NCBI GenBank assembly: GCA_964552755.1
Contig: CAZKHX010000002.1
Span: 4,775 to 68,774, forward strand
Direction of reading: 5' to 3'
Origin: Candidatus Micrarchaeota archaeon
Lineage (GTDB): Archaea; Micrarchaeota; Micrarchaeia; Anstonellales; Bilamarchaeaceae
Length of the DNA stretch: 64,000 nt
Part shown: one piece after another, positions 1 to 8,979 of the stretch
Position numbering within the stretch: position 1 is the first letter of the stretch
Layout: each line of letters opens with the position of its first letter
The notes under the pieces: model-generated
What the model was told of the DNA's origin: nothing
Seen by the model: the letters and a program-made list of their open reading frames with translations, nothing else
Databases searched by the model: none
Translations under genes and position numbers: made by a program

Positions 1-1
1 C

Positions 2-217
2 GGCGAGGAAAACACCACAATCAGCGGCAAGTTCCTGAGCAAGGTTTATGAGGGGCCTTACAAGGACACCGGCAAATGGTGCGGGGATTTCGAGGAATAT
101 GCAAAGAAAAAGAAGCTCAAGATGGGGAAGATGTACATGTGGTACACCACCTGCCCCAAGTGCGCGAAAAAATACGGGAAGAATTACGTGGCAATAATAT
201 CTGAAGTAAAAAGATGA
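2..217 (+). CDS. Conserved hypothetical protein, C-terminal fragment (5' end outside the window)
   Basis: Frame is open from the window edge. Translates ...GKFLSKVYEGPYKDTGKWCGDFEEYAKKKKLKMGKMYMWYTTCPKCAKKYGKNYVAIISEVKR*, with a CPxC motif. Stop TGA 215-217 overlaps the next ATG (ATGA). Absent from the ORF track because no start lies in the window. Confidence 0.5.
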   Translation, partial: GEENTTISGKFLSKVYEGPYKDTGKWCGDFEEYAKKKKLKMGKMYMWYTTCPKCAKKYGKNYVAIISEVKR

Positions 218-408
218 AAACGCATTCATGGCGGGTTGTTACTATGGGAAAAGTCATGACGAAAAAGGAAAGGGAAATGTCTAAGCGGCTGGACAGGATT
301 TATGACCGCCATGACGCAATCATGAAGAACATGGATAAGCTGACCAAGGAGTGGCTTGCCCTGAGGAAGGAGCAGGAAAAAATACTGAAAAAGCTCGGCT
401 GGTGGTAG
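214..408 (+). CDS. Small hypothetical protein (64 aa), charged and helical
   Basis: ORF-track entry. ATG overlaps the upstream stop (ATGA coupling). K/E/R-rich heptad-like sequence. No recognisable family. Confidence 0.35.
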   Translation: MKTHSWRVVTMGKVMTKKEREMSKRLDRIYDRHDAIMKNMDKLTKEWLALRKEQEKILKKLGWW

Positions 409-440
409 CTCAGGCCGCCTTGGATGCGCTAAATGAGATT

Positions 441-510
441 AATATCAGACCGCACGTCAATCTTCATCGAAGCCGAAGCCTCTCAGCGATCACCTTAGTC
501 ATCACGTAAT
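441..510 (-). ncRNA. Candidate box C/D sRNA
   Basis: Minus strand: GUGAUGA (505-499), 12-nt spacer, CUGA (486-483). Then a 15-nt linker with a GAGGC/GCUUC stem and UUCG loop, AUGAAGA (467-461), a 12-nt spacer and CUGA (448-445). Intergenic location. Confidence 0.55.
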
Positions 511-597
511 GAAATTGCTCATCCGAGCTTAAAAACGCTTTCGGTAGCCGCCGCAGCCCACGTCGGAGCCACCGAAGCTTTAAATTCCTTCCCGAAT

Positions 598-605
598 CTA
601 TATAC
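598..605 (+). promoter_or_regulatory. TATA-like box (ctatatac) for rpe, predicting a leaderless transcript
   Basis: Box centre lies about 27 nt upstream of ATG 629. The same spacing recurs at about ten operon-first genes here. A second tttaaatt box sits at 579-586. Confidence 0.4.
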
Positions 606-628
606 ACAATAGGGTTTAGGGGTAGGGA

Positions 629-1282
629 ATGGAAATCGAAATAGTTCCAGCGGTGCTAGTAAAAGAAAGGGAGCAACTGCTCAGGCACATAGAGCTTTCC
701 ATGCCCCACGCAAAGACTATTCATATAGACGTTATGGACAACGAATTCGTCCCGAACGAGACCGTAGGCCCGGAGGACTTCAAAGGCCTGCCCGAAGGCC
801 CTGATTACTGGTTCCACTGGATGGTGGACAACCCTGCGGAGTGGATAAAGAGAGTGGAAGGCCCTCACCTCCACATTGTCCACCTCGAAGCCGAGGGCTC
901 GATGGAGGAAGCCGCCTACGAAGCCGAGAAGAAGGGCGGCAGGTTCGGCGTCTCAATCAACCCGCCAACCCCGTTCGAGCAGCTGGAGCCCTACACAAAA
1001 GTAGTAAACCATTTCCTCATTATGGCCGTGAACCCCGGGTTCGGAGGCCAGAAGTACATGCCGGAAGTGGAGGGAAAGATAAGGAAGCTCCGGGAACTCA
1101 GGCCGGATGCGGACATAGAAGTCGATGGTGGCATAAACATGGAAACCATAGGCCGCGCAGCATCAGCCGGGGCGAACAAGCTGGCCGCAAACAGCGCAAT
1201 ATTCAAGCAGCCGGACATCGGGAAGGCGATAGGGGAGTTGGAGGAAGAGGCACAGCGGGGTTGGGCAAATGCCAAGGAATAA
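629..1282 (+). CDS. rpe: Ribulose-phosphate 3-epimerase
   Basis: HIDVMDNEFVPN and IMAVNPGFGGQKYMPEVEGKIRKLRE...EVDGGIN motifs typical of Rpe. 217 aa. Confidence 0.9.
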   Translation: MEIEIVPAVLVKEREQLLRHIELSMPHAKTIHIDVMDNEFVPNETVGPEDFKGLPEGPDYWFHWMVDNPAEWIKRVEGPHLHIVHLEAEGSMEEAAYEAEKKGGRFGVSINPPTPFEQLEPYTKVVNHFLIMAVNPGFGGQKYMPEVEGKIRKLRELRPDADIEVDGGINMETIGRAASAGANKLAANSAIFKQPDIGKAIGELEEEAQRGWANAKE

Positions 1283-2129
1283 AATCTCGGACAGCAAGCA
1301 ATTGAAGCTCATCGCGAACATGATACGCGAGGACGTAGTGAGGATGCTCACGGAGGCAAAGTCCGGGCATTCCGCAGGCTCCATAGGCCTTGCGGACATT
1401 TTTACCGCCCTGTATTTCAATGTTCTCTACCATGACCCCAAGGACCCTGAATGGGAGGACAGGGACCGCCTCGTGCTGTCCAATGGCCATGTTTGCCCGG
1501 TGATGTATGCGGCAATGGCAAATGCCGGCTATTTCCCGAAGGAGGAGCTCCTCACGCTGAGGAAGCTCGGCACCCGCCTGCAGGGGCACCCCCACAGGGG
1601 CACCCTGCCCGGCATAGAGAATTCCTCCGGCCCGCTCGGCCAGGGCCTTTCGATTGCGGTTGGCATGGCATTGGTATCCAAGCGCGCAAGAAAGAAGTGG
1701 CGCGTGTATTGCGTCACCTCCGACGGAGAGCACAACGAAGGCCAAATATGGGAAGCGGTGCTCCTCGCGGCGAAATACAGGCTCGGCAACCTCACCGCAA
1801 TCATGGACCGCAACAACATCCAGATTGACGGCTTCACGGAGGAAATCCTCCCGCTTGAGCCGCTCACGGAAAAGTATCGTGCATTTGGCTGGCACGTGAT
1901 AGAAGTGGACGGCCACAACATAAAGAAAATCATAGACGCCTGCGAAGAGAGCAAGGCAATCTACGGCAAGCCCACCATGATAATCGCGCACACCATCCCG
2001 GGCAAGGGAATCCCGTTCATGGAATTCCTTACCGAATGGCATGGCAAGCCGCCCAAGAAGGAGGAGGCTGAGGAGGCGATCAAGATGCTGGGGCTGGAAA
2101 GGAGCCTGATAGAGGAGGAGAGGTACTGA
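1269..2129 (+). CDS. tkt: Transketolase, N-terminal (TPP-binding) subunit
   Basis: SGHSAGSIGLADIFTALYF, LSNGHVCPVMYA, GHPHRGTLPGIENSSGPLGQGL, SDGEHNEGQIWEA. Split-type tkt followed by its C-terminal subunit. Confidence 0.9.
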   Translation: MPRNKISDSKQLKLIANMIREDVVRMLTEAKSGHSAGSIGLADIFTALYFNVLYHDPKDPEWEDRDRLVLSNGHVCPVMYAAMANAGYFPKEELLTLRKLGTRLQGHPHRGTLPGIENSSGPLGQGLSIAVGMALVSKRARKKWRVYCVTSDGEHNEGQIWEAVLLAAKYRLGNLTAIMDRNNIQIDGFTEEILPLEPLTEKYRAFGWHVIEVDGHNIKKIIDACEESKAIYGKPTMIIAHTIPGKGIPFMEFLTEWHGKPPKKEEAEEAIKMLGLERSLIEEERY

Positions 2130-2133
2130 TACC

Positions 2134-3114
2134 ATGGCAAGCATGAACCTTGCAGAGCCGCTCTTTGAAATCGAGAACAGGAAGGCCAGCAGGGACGGCT
2201 TCGGCCGCGCAATCGTGGAGATAGGCGAAAAGGACGAGGATGTGTGGGCAATCACCGCGGACGTTGCGGAATCCGCCCGCACTCATTGGTTTGCCGAGAA
2301 GTTCCCCAAGCGATTCATACAGGCAGGCGTTGCCGAGCAGAACATGGCGGGCGTTGCCGCGGGCATCGCCACCTGCGGAAAAGTGGCATTCGTTTCCGCG
2401 TATGGCGTATTTTCCCCCGGCAGGAACTGGGACCAGATACGCGTTTCCATCTGCTATAACGATGTGCCGGTAATACTGCACGGCTCCCACACGGGAATAA
2501 CTGTGGGCCCGGACGGCGCATCCCACCAGGCACTGGAAGACATCGCAATTACGCGCGTAATCCCCAATATAACAGTGCTGGCCCCATCTGACATGGAACA
2601 GGCGAAGAAGGCGACCTGGGCCGCCTATGGGCAGAGGAAGCCCGCCTACATCCGCACCTCGAGGCAGAGCTTCCCGGTGTTCACTACTCCCGAAACGCCG
2701 TTCGAAATCGGCAAGGCCAACGTTTACCGGGAAGGCGACGACGCAGCAATATTCGCAGTTGGCCCGACAGTGCACGAGTCCCTCAAGGCCGCAGAAGAGC
2801 TCAAGAAGGAGAAAATCTCCTGCGCCGTGGTGGACTGCCACACAATCAAGCCCATGGACAGGAAGGCAGTTGCCGAGTGGGCAAAGAGGGCCGGCCTCAT
2901 AGTAACCGTAGAAGAGCACCAGGTGAGCGGCGGCATGGGCAGCGCCGTAGCAGAAGCGGCATCGGAAGAATACCCAGCCCCGGTAGCAAGGCACGGGATT
3001 TACGACCAGTTCTGCCAGTCCGGAGGGGCGGTGGAGCTCATGGGGCACTACAAGCTCGATGCCGCGGGCATCGCCCAGAAAGTGAAGGATTCAATGAAGA
3101 TGAAGAAAAGGTGA
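2134..3114 (+). CDS. tkt: Transketolase, C-terminal (pyrimidine-binding) subunit
   Basis: [54 protein letters not shown]. 326 aa. Confidence 0.9.
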   Translation: MASMNLAEPLFEIENRKASRDGFGRAIVEIGEKDEDVWAITADVAESARTHWFAEKFPKRFIQAGVAEQNMAGVAAGIATCGKVAFVSAYGVFSPGRNWDQIRVSICYNDVPVILHGSHTGITVGPDGASHQALEDIAITRVIPNITVLAPSDMEQAKKATWAAYGQRKPAYIRTSRQSFPVFTTPETPFEIGKANVYREGDDAAIFAVGPTVHESLKAAEELKKEKISCAVVDCHTIKPMDRKAVAEWAKRAGLIVTVEEHQVSGGMGSAVAEAASEEYPAPVARHGIYDQFCQSGGAVELMGHYKLDAAGIAQKVKDSMKMKKR

Positions 3115-3116
3115 GC

Positions 3117-3764
3117 ATGATGAAATTTTTCATGGACACGGCAAGCGTTGAAGGGATAAGGAAGGCGGCGGAGCTCGGCATGGTTGATGGCGTGACCACG
3201 AATCCCAGCATAATCGCGAAAGAGGGCCGCAACCATGAGGAAGTGGTGAAGGAAATCGCCTCAATCGTGAAAGGTCCCATAAGCGTTGAGGGCATAGGCG
3301 ATACCGCGGAAGAAATAATCACAGAGGCCGATGCATTCATGCGCTGGGCGCCCAACGTGGTAATCAAGGTCCCCATGACCGAGGAGGGCCTCAAGGCGGT
3401 CCGCATCCTCGAGAAGAGGGGAATAAAAACGAACGTTACGCTCGTTTTCTCGGCTTCCCAGGCGCTGCTCGCCGCAAAGGCCGGAGCATCCTACGTCTCC
3501 CCCTTCGTAGGCAGGCTGGACGACATCGGCCAGGACGGGATGCAGGTTGTGCGCGACATAATGGAAATCTTCAGGAACTACGGCTACAAGACCGAAGTCA
3601 TCGTCGCCTCAATCCGCTCGGTCAAGCACGCGGAGGAATCCGCAAAGTGCGGGGCGCACATCGCCACCCTCCCCGTAAAGGTATATGGGGAGATGTGGAA
3701 GCACGGCCTTACCGACAAGGGGATTGCGAAATTCAGGGAAGACTATTCGAAAACGAAACAGTAG
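3117..3764 (+). CDS. tal: Transaldolase / fructose-6-phosphate aldolase family (short TalC/Fsa type)
   Basis: [54 protein letters not shown]. Start moved to ATG 3117 (GGTGA just upstream). The ORF-track start 2877 is an out-of-context extension overlapping tkt. Confidence 0.85.
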   Translation: MMKFFMDTASVEGIRKAAELGMVDGVTTNPSIIAKEGRNHEEVVKEIASIVKGPISVEGIGDTAEEIITEADAFMRWAPNVVIKVPMTEEGLKAVRILEKRGIKTNVTLVFSASQALLAAKAGASYVSPFVGRLDDIGQDGMQVVRDIMEIFRNYGYKTEVIVASIRSVKHAEESAKCGAHIATLPVKVYGEMWKHGLTDKGIAKFREDYSKTKQ

Positions 3765-3817
3765 GAAGCTTTAATATCCCATCCATAGCATAATGCCAAG
3801 CAACAAGAGGTGATTGC

Positions 3818-3985
3818 GTGCGCAATTTCAATTGTGCCGTATGCAAGGTTCCTGTCGATGCCGACAGGTGCGTCCGCCGCGTAGACATGGATGGCATGAC
3901 ACTCTTCTTCTGCAAGCCATGTGCTGCAAGGAAAGAGCTCGTGCAGGAGAAGCTCCGCGGCAGGGACTGGCATAGGCGGGACTAG
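3818..3985 (+). CDS. Small zinc-ribbon protein (55 aa), paralog 1
   Basis: GTG start 5 nt after GAGGTGA. VRNFNCAVCKVPVDADRCVRRVDMDGMTLFFCKPCAARKELVQEKLRGRDWHRRD* with CxxC...CxxC. Below the ORF-track size cutoff. Paralogous to 4036-4206. Confidence 0.5.
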   Translation: MRNFNCAVCKVPVDADRCVRRVDMDGMTLFFCKPCAARKELVQEKLRGRDWHRRD

Positions 3986-4035
3986 GCCCCATAACCCTTA
4001 TTAATTATTTTTTCCCATTTCCCCCAGGTGTAGCC

Positions 4036-4206
4036 ATGGAAGAATACTATTGCTCCGTATGCAAGGCCAGGGTGGAATGGGAAGAATCCAGCAGGAGGAC
4101 CGATATGGACGGCATGACCGTGATACTGTGCAACGCATGCTCCGCGCACCCGGAGCTCGTCGAGGAAGTGCTGAGGGGCAAGCCGAAGCCGGAGATACCT
4201 TCTTAG
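4036..4206 (+). CDS. Small zinc-ribbon protein (56 aa), paralog 2
   Basis: ATG 5 nt after AGGTG. MEEYYCSVCKARVEWEESSRRTDMDGMTVILCNACSAHPELVEEVLRGKPKPEIPS*. Shares C-VCK, RR-DMDGMT, C--C, ELV-E-LRG with paralog 1. Confidence 0.55.
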   Translation: MEEYYCSVCKARVEWEESSRRTDMDGMTVILCNACSAHPELVEEVLRGKPKPEIPS

Positions 4207-4234
4207 CCTCACCGGCAATCCCCCAGCCTCACTT

Positions 4235-4242
4235 TTTTATAT
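4235..4242 (+). promoter_or_regulatory. TATA-like box (ttttatat) for rad50, leaderless spacing
   Basis: Box centre about 26.5 nt upstream of ATG 4265. No SD between box and start. Confidence 0.4.
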
Positions 4243-4264
4243 TCAATCCTGCTAATACCATCCA

Positions 4265-6562
4265 ATGATCTCTTCTCTCGAACTCGCCAACTGGCGCTCA
4301 CATTCCAATACGAAGGTAGAGTTCGGGAAAGGCACCAACCTGATAATCGGGATAATGGGCAGCGGCAAGAGCGCAATCCTGGATGGGATAAGCTTCGCGC
4401 TCTACGGTACGTTCCCCGCATTGAAGAGGCGCTCCCTCACCTCCGCGGACCTAATCCGCCATGGGGAAAAGGAGCTCTCCGTTGCGCTGGACTTCGAGCA
4501 TAATGGCAAGAAGTACCGTATTGAGAGGAGGCTGAGGAAAGGCAAGAGCGCGGTGGAGGCCGCCGCGAAGTTCTACGAAGGCGGCGAACTAAAAGAGAAG
4601 GGCCAGAGCCGCGCAACCTCAATGGTCGAGGAAACCCTCGGGATGGGCTTTGACCTGTTCAACCGCGCAATCTACTCCGAGCAGAACAACATCGGCTATT
4701 TCCTCCAGCTGGATCCGGGCAGGAGGAAGAAGGAAATGGACCTCCTCCTCGGGCTGGACAAGTTCGAGTCCGCCCGCGAAAGCGCGGTGCGCATAATCAA
4801 CCGCGTTGAATCCGAAAGGAAAGCCCTTGAAAAGGACTATGACGCTTCGGAGTACAGGAAGCTGGAGGCCGAGCTTGGCGCGAAAAAGGAAAGCGCGGCA
4901 TTGCTCGAAAAGAGGGCAAAGGGGCTTTCGGAATCTTTGGCTTCCACGGAAAAGAAGCTCGCGGAAGCTGAGAAAGTGCATGCAGAACTGAAGGCATCCG
5001 CGGAAAAGAAGCGCAGGCTTTTGCTCGGGGCCGAGCGCACCAAGGCGCTAATCGGCTCGCTGGAAGCCGACCTTTCAAAAGGCAGATATTCCGAGGAATG
5101 GCTTGCAAAAATGGAAAAGGAATTCTCTGCGCTGAAGGAAAAGCTCTCTTCCATGCAGGATTCGCTGAATGCGGCTGAAAAAGGGCTTGCCCTCCTGGAA
5201 AGGAAAGCCGGCGCTGCGGAATCCGGGATAAAAAGCGCGGAAAAAGCCACTGCGGAAAAGAAGAAAGCCAAAGCGGAGCTAGCATCCCTTCTGGGCGAAG
5301 CCGGGGAAGCTGCGCTCAAGGAAGGCATTGCCTCCCTTGAAAGGAAGGTGCTGTCATTCACCGAATCGATAAGCGGGAAGAAGGCGGAAATCAAGTCGCT
5401 TGAGGAATCCGCGGAGGGGCTTTCGAAAGTCGATGGCAAATGCCCGCTGTGCGGCACCGGGCTTTCAAGGGAAACCGCCAGCCACCTGAAGGAGGAAAGG
5501 GAGAAGCTAATTGCTGAAAAGAAAAAGGAAAATGAAAAACTGGAGGGCGAACTGCTTCAAATCAAAAGGCAATTCGCAGAGGAAGGCAGAAAGCTGAAAG
5601 CCGCGGAGGCGCTTCAGGCGAGGATTTCCGCCCTGAAGGAAGGGGATGCGGATGCCCTGCGCAAGGAGTTTGCCTCATTGCAGGAAGAAGCCTCAAAAAA
5701 GAAGGAAGCGCGCAAAGGGCTTTCCACCGAGAAAGACGCACTGGACAGGCAGGCGCGCGAGCTCCAGTTCTCAGTGCGCGCAATGAAGGACCTCAGGGAA
5801 AAGGTAGCCCTGCTTTCAAAGGAAAGGGAAAAGCTCGCCGCGGCTGAAAAGGAGCTCGCAGGCATAAAGTTCGATGAGAGGGAATTCGACGAACTGTCAA
5901 CAGGGCTGAGGAAGCTCTCTTCCGAAAAGGAGCGAATCACGGGCGAGCTCAGCTCGGCGAAAAAAGAGCTCAAGGCAGCGGGGGAATACATGAAGCTCCT
6001 CATTTCCAGAATGGAAAGCCTGGAAAAAATGAAGAAGCGCGCAGAGGAAACCGCGAAGCTTTCCGGGGAACTTATGGTTTACAGGAATGCGCTGGTGGAA
6101 ACGCAGGCAGCCCTGCGCACCGAATTAGTCGAAGCAATCACTTCCGCAATGAACAGCATTTGGCCCATACTGTACCCGTATGCGGACTACAAGTCCCTGA
6201 GGGTGGTTGCGGACGAAAAGGACTACGTATTCCAATTGCATAATGGGGAAGAGTGGCTGGGCATAGAGTCGGTGGCAAGCGGCGGGGAAAAGGCATGCCT
6301 CTCCCTCACGCTGAGGATTGCAATGGCCACCGTGCTTGCCCCGGAGGTGGGCTGGTTAATGCTGGACGAGCCCACGCACAACCTGGACAGCAGCGCGGTG
6401 CGCGCACTCTCAGAGGCATTTGAAACAAAAGTCCCCCAGCTAATCGACCAGGCGCTGGTAATCACGCATGAGGAGAACCTCATGAATTCCGAATTCGCGA
6501 ACAGCTACAGGTTCGAAAGGGAAAAGGAAACCGGCGGCCCCACAAAGTGCGAGCAGCTCTAG
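4265..6562 (+). CDS. rad50: Rad50/SMC-family DNA double-strand-break repair ATPase
   Basis: N-terminal Walker A (GIMGSGKSAILDGISFALYG). Long coiled coil with a central CPLC zinc hook (nt 5441-5452). C-terminal signature SGGE and Walker B LMLDEPTHNLD. 765 aa. Confidence 0.85.
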   Translation: MISSLELANWRSHSNTKVEFGKGTNLIIGIMGSGKSAILDGISFALYGTFPALKRRSLTSADLIRHGEKELSVALDFEHNGKKYRIERRLRKGKSAVEAAAKFYEGGELKEKGQSRATSMVEETLGMGFDLFNRAIYSEQNNIGYFLQLDPGRRKKEMDLLLGLDKFESARESAVRIINRVESERKALEKDYDASEYRKLEAELGAKKESAALLEKRAKGLSESLASTEKKLAEAEKVHAELKASAEKKRRLLLGAERTKALIGSLEADLSKGRYSEEWLAKMEKEFSALKEKLSSMQDSLNAAEKGLALLERKAGAAESGIKSAEKATAEKKKAKAELASLLGEAGEAALKEGIASLERKVLSFTESISGKKAEIKSLEESAEGLSKVDGKCPLCGTGLSRETASHLKEEREKLIAEKKKENEKLEGELLQIKRQFAEEGRKLKAAEALQARISALKEGDADALRKEFASLQEEASKKKEARKGLSTEKDALDRQARELQFSVRAMKDLREKVALLSKEREKLAAAEKELAGIKFDEREFDELSTGLRKLSSEKERITGELSSAKKELKAAGEYMKLLISRMESLEKMKKRAEETAKLSGELMVYRNALVETQAALRTELVEAITSAMNSIWPILYPYADYKSLRVVADEKDYVFQLHNGEEWLGIESVASGGEKACLSLTLRIAMATVLAPEVGWLMLDEPTHNLDSSAVRALSEAFETKVPQLIDQALVITHEENLMNSEFANSYRFEREKETGGPTKCEQL

Positions 6563-6578
6563 GCGCAAAGCGCCCTAG
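6559..6578. terminator. Near-palindrome spanning the convergent rad50 and polB stop codons
   Basis: CTAGGCGC aaa GCGCCCTAG. Both TAG stops (6560-6562 plus strand, 6575-6577 minus strand) lie inside the inverted repeat. Functional role is inferred only. Confidence 0.3.
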
Positions 6579-8947
6579 AAGAAGGAATTCAGGTCCTGCT
6601 GCCGCCCGCCGTGCTTGAGCGCATACTCATCGTATCCGAGCTCCTTCAGTATCTTCAGCACCGCGGGGAGCACCTGGTTGTTCACGTAGTAGTCCGGGTC
6701 GTAGTCCTTCGCATACTCAAGCATCTCAGCCTTTTCGGATATGCTCTTCCCGTTCCGCGTAATCACGTAATTGATTATGCTGCCCTTCCCCACGCGCTTG
6801 CCTTTCTTGCGCGCCTTCTCCGCCGCGAAGAGCTCGGGGCTCTTCACCTCATACTGCTCGGGCGCCTTCTTCAATTGCGTATATATCGCAAGTTCCCTGA
6901 GCGGCACATTCCCCCCTTTTAAATCGGAAATAACGTCGCGCACAATCGCCGCGGCCTTCTCCCTGCTCCCCTCTTTCAGTATGGTTTCAAGCACGCGCCT
7001 CTGCGTGTCCTTCGCGATGCTTGACCAGTCGCGCCTCACGAGCTCGAAGCCCTTTATCTTTATGCGGCCGTCTTCCCCGAGCAGGGCGTACTTCTTCTTC
7101 GCGCCGAGCTCGGCGCTCTTCTTTGAGACAAAGACCCCGCGGGCATAGAACCCCTCGAGCTCAAGCTCCATCTTCTCAGGCAATTCCCTGTTTATCCCGT
7201 CAAGGAACGCAAGCGCATCTTCCCGGCTCTTCTCCCCGAGCACGAGGAAGAGCGAATCCGTGTCCATGTACAGCACCTTGAAACCGGCTTCCTCAGCCTT
7301 CTTCTCAGCCTCGCGGATGTGCTGCCTGCCCCACGCGGTTACGCTCTCAGCGCATTTGCGGTTGTACCAGCGCGAGCGCGCATACCCCAAATAACCATAG
7401 AACGAGTTCGCAAGGATTTTCAGCGCATGCGAGCGCGCGGAAAGCAGCGCATGCTCCTTCCCCTTGGGCTCCATCTTCTTCAGCTCGCGCTTGATTTTCA
7501 CGCGCCTGTCTATGAGCCCTTCGAGCACTTCCGGGATGAGCCCACGCGGCTTCTTCAGGAAGCGCGCGCCGGTGGGCGACTCGCTGCTTTCTCCCTCCCG
7601 GTCAAGCCGGTCCGGGTCTATGTTATAGGAGCAGATTATGGAGGGGTACAGCCCCCTGAAGTCGAACACCACGATATTCTCATACACCCCCGGGGCGGGC
7701 AGTTTCACATACGCTCCCTTGATGGGATTGGAAATGCGCGCGTTCACCGCAGAGCCGCTGGGCCGCGGGGGGATTATCATCCCCCTCTGCGCCGCCTCAT
7801 ACATGAGAAGGCTCTCCACCAACTGCCCCGAAGTCGCATATGCGGCATCGAAAAGCGGGAGCCGCGCAATCTGGCTAAGCTCGGACAGTATCGGGTAGGC
7901 GAGCTCCCCCAGCTCATAGGTCGCCCGTGCATCCTCCATGGAATACTGCGCAAGCTCCCCCAGCTCCTCCTCATCCCACATTTTCCATATGTCCAGCCGC
8001 TCCACCATCTTCTTTTTTTTCCCCGTGGACGCGGCATAAACATTTGCCAGGGTATAGTCATCCGTGCGTATGAGCCCGGTAAAGCCGAAGAACTTCATCA
8101 CCGGGTATAGGTCAATGTTCACCCTGCCCCTCATCTTGTAGGCGGTCAGGAGCCCCTTCTTGGCCTCCCTGAAGCCCTTCCCGTCCCGGCCGAAAGCCGG
8201 CAGAACTCCCAGCCGCTTCGCCCTCTCTTCTATGTAAGGGAGGTCAAAATTGTTCGAATTGTAGCCCAGCAGCACATCCGCGTCCGCCTCGGAAAGCACC
8301 GAGAAGAACCGCTCCAGGAGCGCCTTCTCCCCCTCGACCTCTTCCACGAACTCGCCTTCTGCGGCCTTCCAGCTGAGCACGCCTTCCTTCCCCGCGGAAT
8401 CGCGGTAGCTCAACATGATTATCGGGTCCCTCGAGGGCCGCGGCGCCCCCTCCGGGTTGTATGTCTCTATGTCGAACGCAAGCCTGCTGAGGGAATACGG
8501 GTCCCCTTCTGAGGAATCAAGGAATTTCTTTATTATGCGGCCCTGCCTCTCGTAGCGCACCACAGATAGCGGCACAAGGCCGAAATCCATCATGAACCTC
8601 CTCCCATACGGGATTTTGTATTCATAGCAGGGGTCGCCCATCGCCTCCTCGAGGATGGGCACGTGCCGGGGCTCGCTGCAGAACACCTTCAGCAGCTTCT
8701 TCTTCTCCCCGCCGAGCTCTTTTTCTTCGGTTTCCACCTTCTTGGGCGAAACAACCGCCCCGTCCTTTGCCTTCACCACGGTATCATAAATTGCCTGCGC
8801 CCTGCCTTCCTCGGCATCTACGTAAAAATAGGGGTCATAAGGGTAATACAGTGTGGATGCTTTTTTGCCTTTTACGAAAAGGCGCGCATACGTCTGCCCA
8901 TTGCGCACTACGTAATCTGCATTGACAAGAAGCGCCTTCCTCCTCAT
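6575..8947 (-). CDS. polB: Family B DNA polymerase
   Basis: Exo motifs (FDIETY, YNSNNFDLPYI). Polymerase motifs DFRGLYPSII, SFYGYLGY, YMDTDS. 790 aa, no intein-sized insertion. Confidence 0.9.
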   Translation of the reverse strand: MRRKALLVNADYVVRNGQTYARLFVKGKKASTLYYPYDPYFYVDAEEGRAQAIYDTVVKAKDGAVVSPKKVETEEKELGGEKKKLLKVFCSEPRHVPILEEAMGDPCYEYKIPYGRRFMMDFGLVPLSVVRYERQGRIIKKFLDSSEGDPYSLSRLAFDIETYNPEGAPRPSRDPIIMLSYRDSAGKEGVLSWKAAEGEFVEEVEGEKALLERFFSVLSEADADVLLGYNSNNFDLPYIEERAKRLGVLPAFGRDGKGFREAKKGLLTAYKMRGRVNIDLYPVMKFFGFTGLIRTDDYTLANVYAASTGKKKKMVERLDIWKMWDEEELGELAQYSMEDARATYELGELAYPILSELSQIARLPLFDAAYATSGQLVESLLMYEAAQRGMIIPPRPSGSAVNARISNPIKGAYVKLPAPGVYENIVVFDFRGLYPSIICSYNIDPDRLDREGESSESPTGARFLKKPRGLIPEVLEGLIDRRVKIKRELKKMEPKGKEHALLSARSHALKILANSFYGYLGYARSRWYNRKCAESVTAWGRQHIREAEKKAEEAGFKVLYMDTDSLFLVLGEKSREDALAFLDGINRELPEKMELELEGFYARGVFVSKKSAELGAKKKYALLGEDGRIKIKGFELVRRDWSSIAKDTQRRVLETILKEGSREKAAAIVRDVISDLKGGNVPLRELAIYTQLKKAPEQYEVKSPELFAAEKARKKGKRVGKGSIINYVITRNGKSISEKAEMLEYAKDYDPDYYVNNQVLPAVLKILKELGYDEYALKHGGRQQDLNSFF

Positions 8948-8969
8948 TGGGGGAATATAGGAAACAAAC

Positions 8970-8977
8970 CTTATTAG
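8970..8977 (-). promoter_or_regulatory. TATA-like box (ctaataag on minus strand) for polB, leaderless spacing
   Basis: Box centre about 26.5 nt upstream of ATG at 8947. Confidence 0.35.
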
Positions 8978-8979
8978 GC

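Noticed and set aside
487-498. Assigning the C/D sRNA D' guide to the 3' end of 16S rRNA.
   Set aside because: Only 8 contiguous nucleotides (GAUCACCU) match the universal 3' end. The flanking guide positions do not, and the rRNA of this organism is not in the window.
2877-3116. N-terminal extensions in the ORF track: tal from 2877, cmk from 32609, rpl34e from 32800, rpl32e from 38691, the HEAT-like gene from 23716, rpl3 from 47173 and rps17 from 41924.
   Set aside because: The extensions overlap the upstream gene, encode Arg/Gly/Pro-rich junk and lack an SD. Conserved N-termini begin at internal ATGs that do have an AGGTG or a TATA box at the expected distance.
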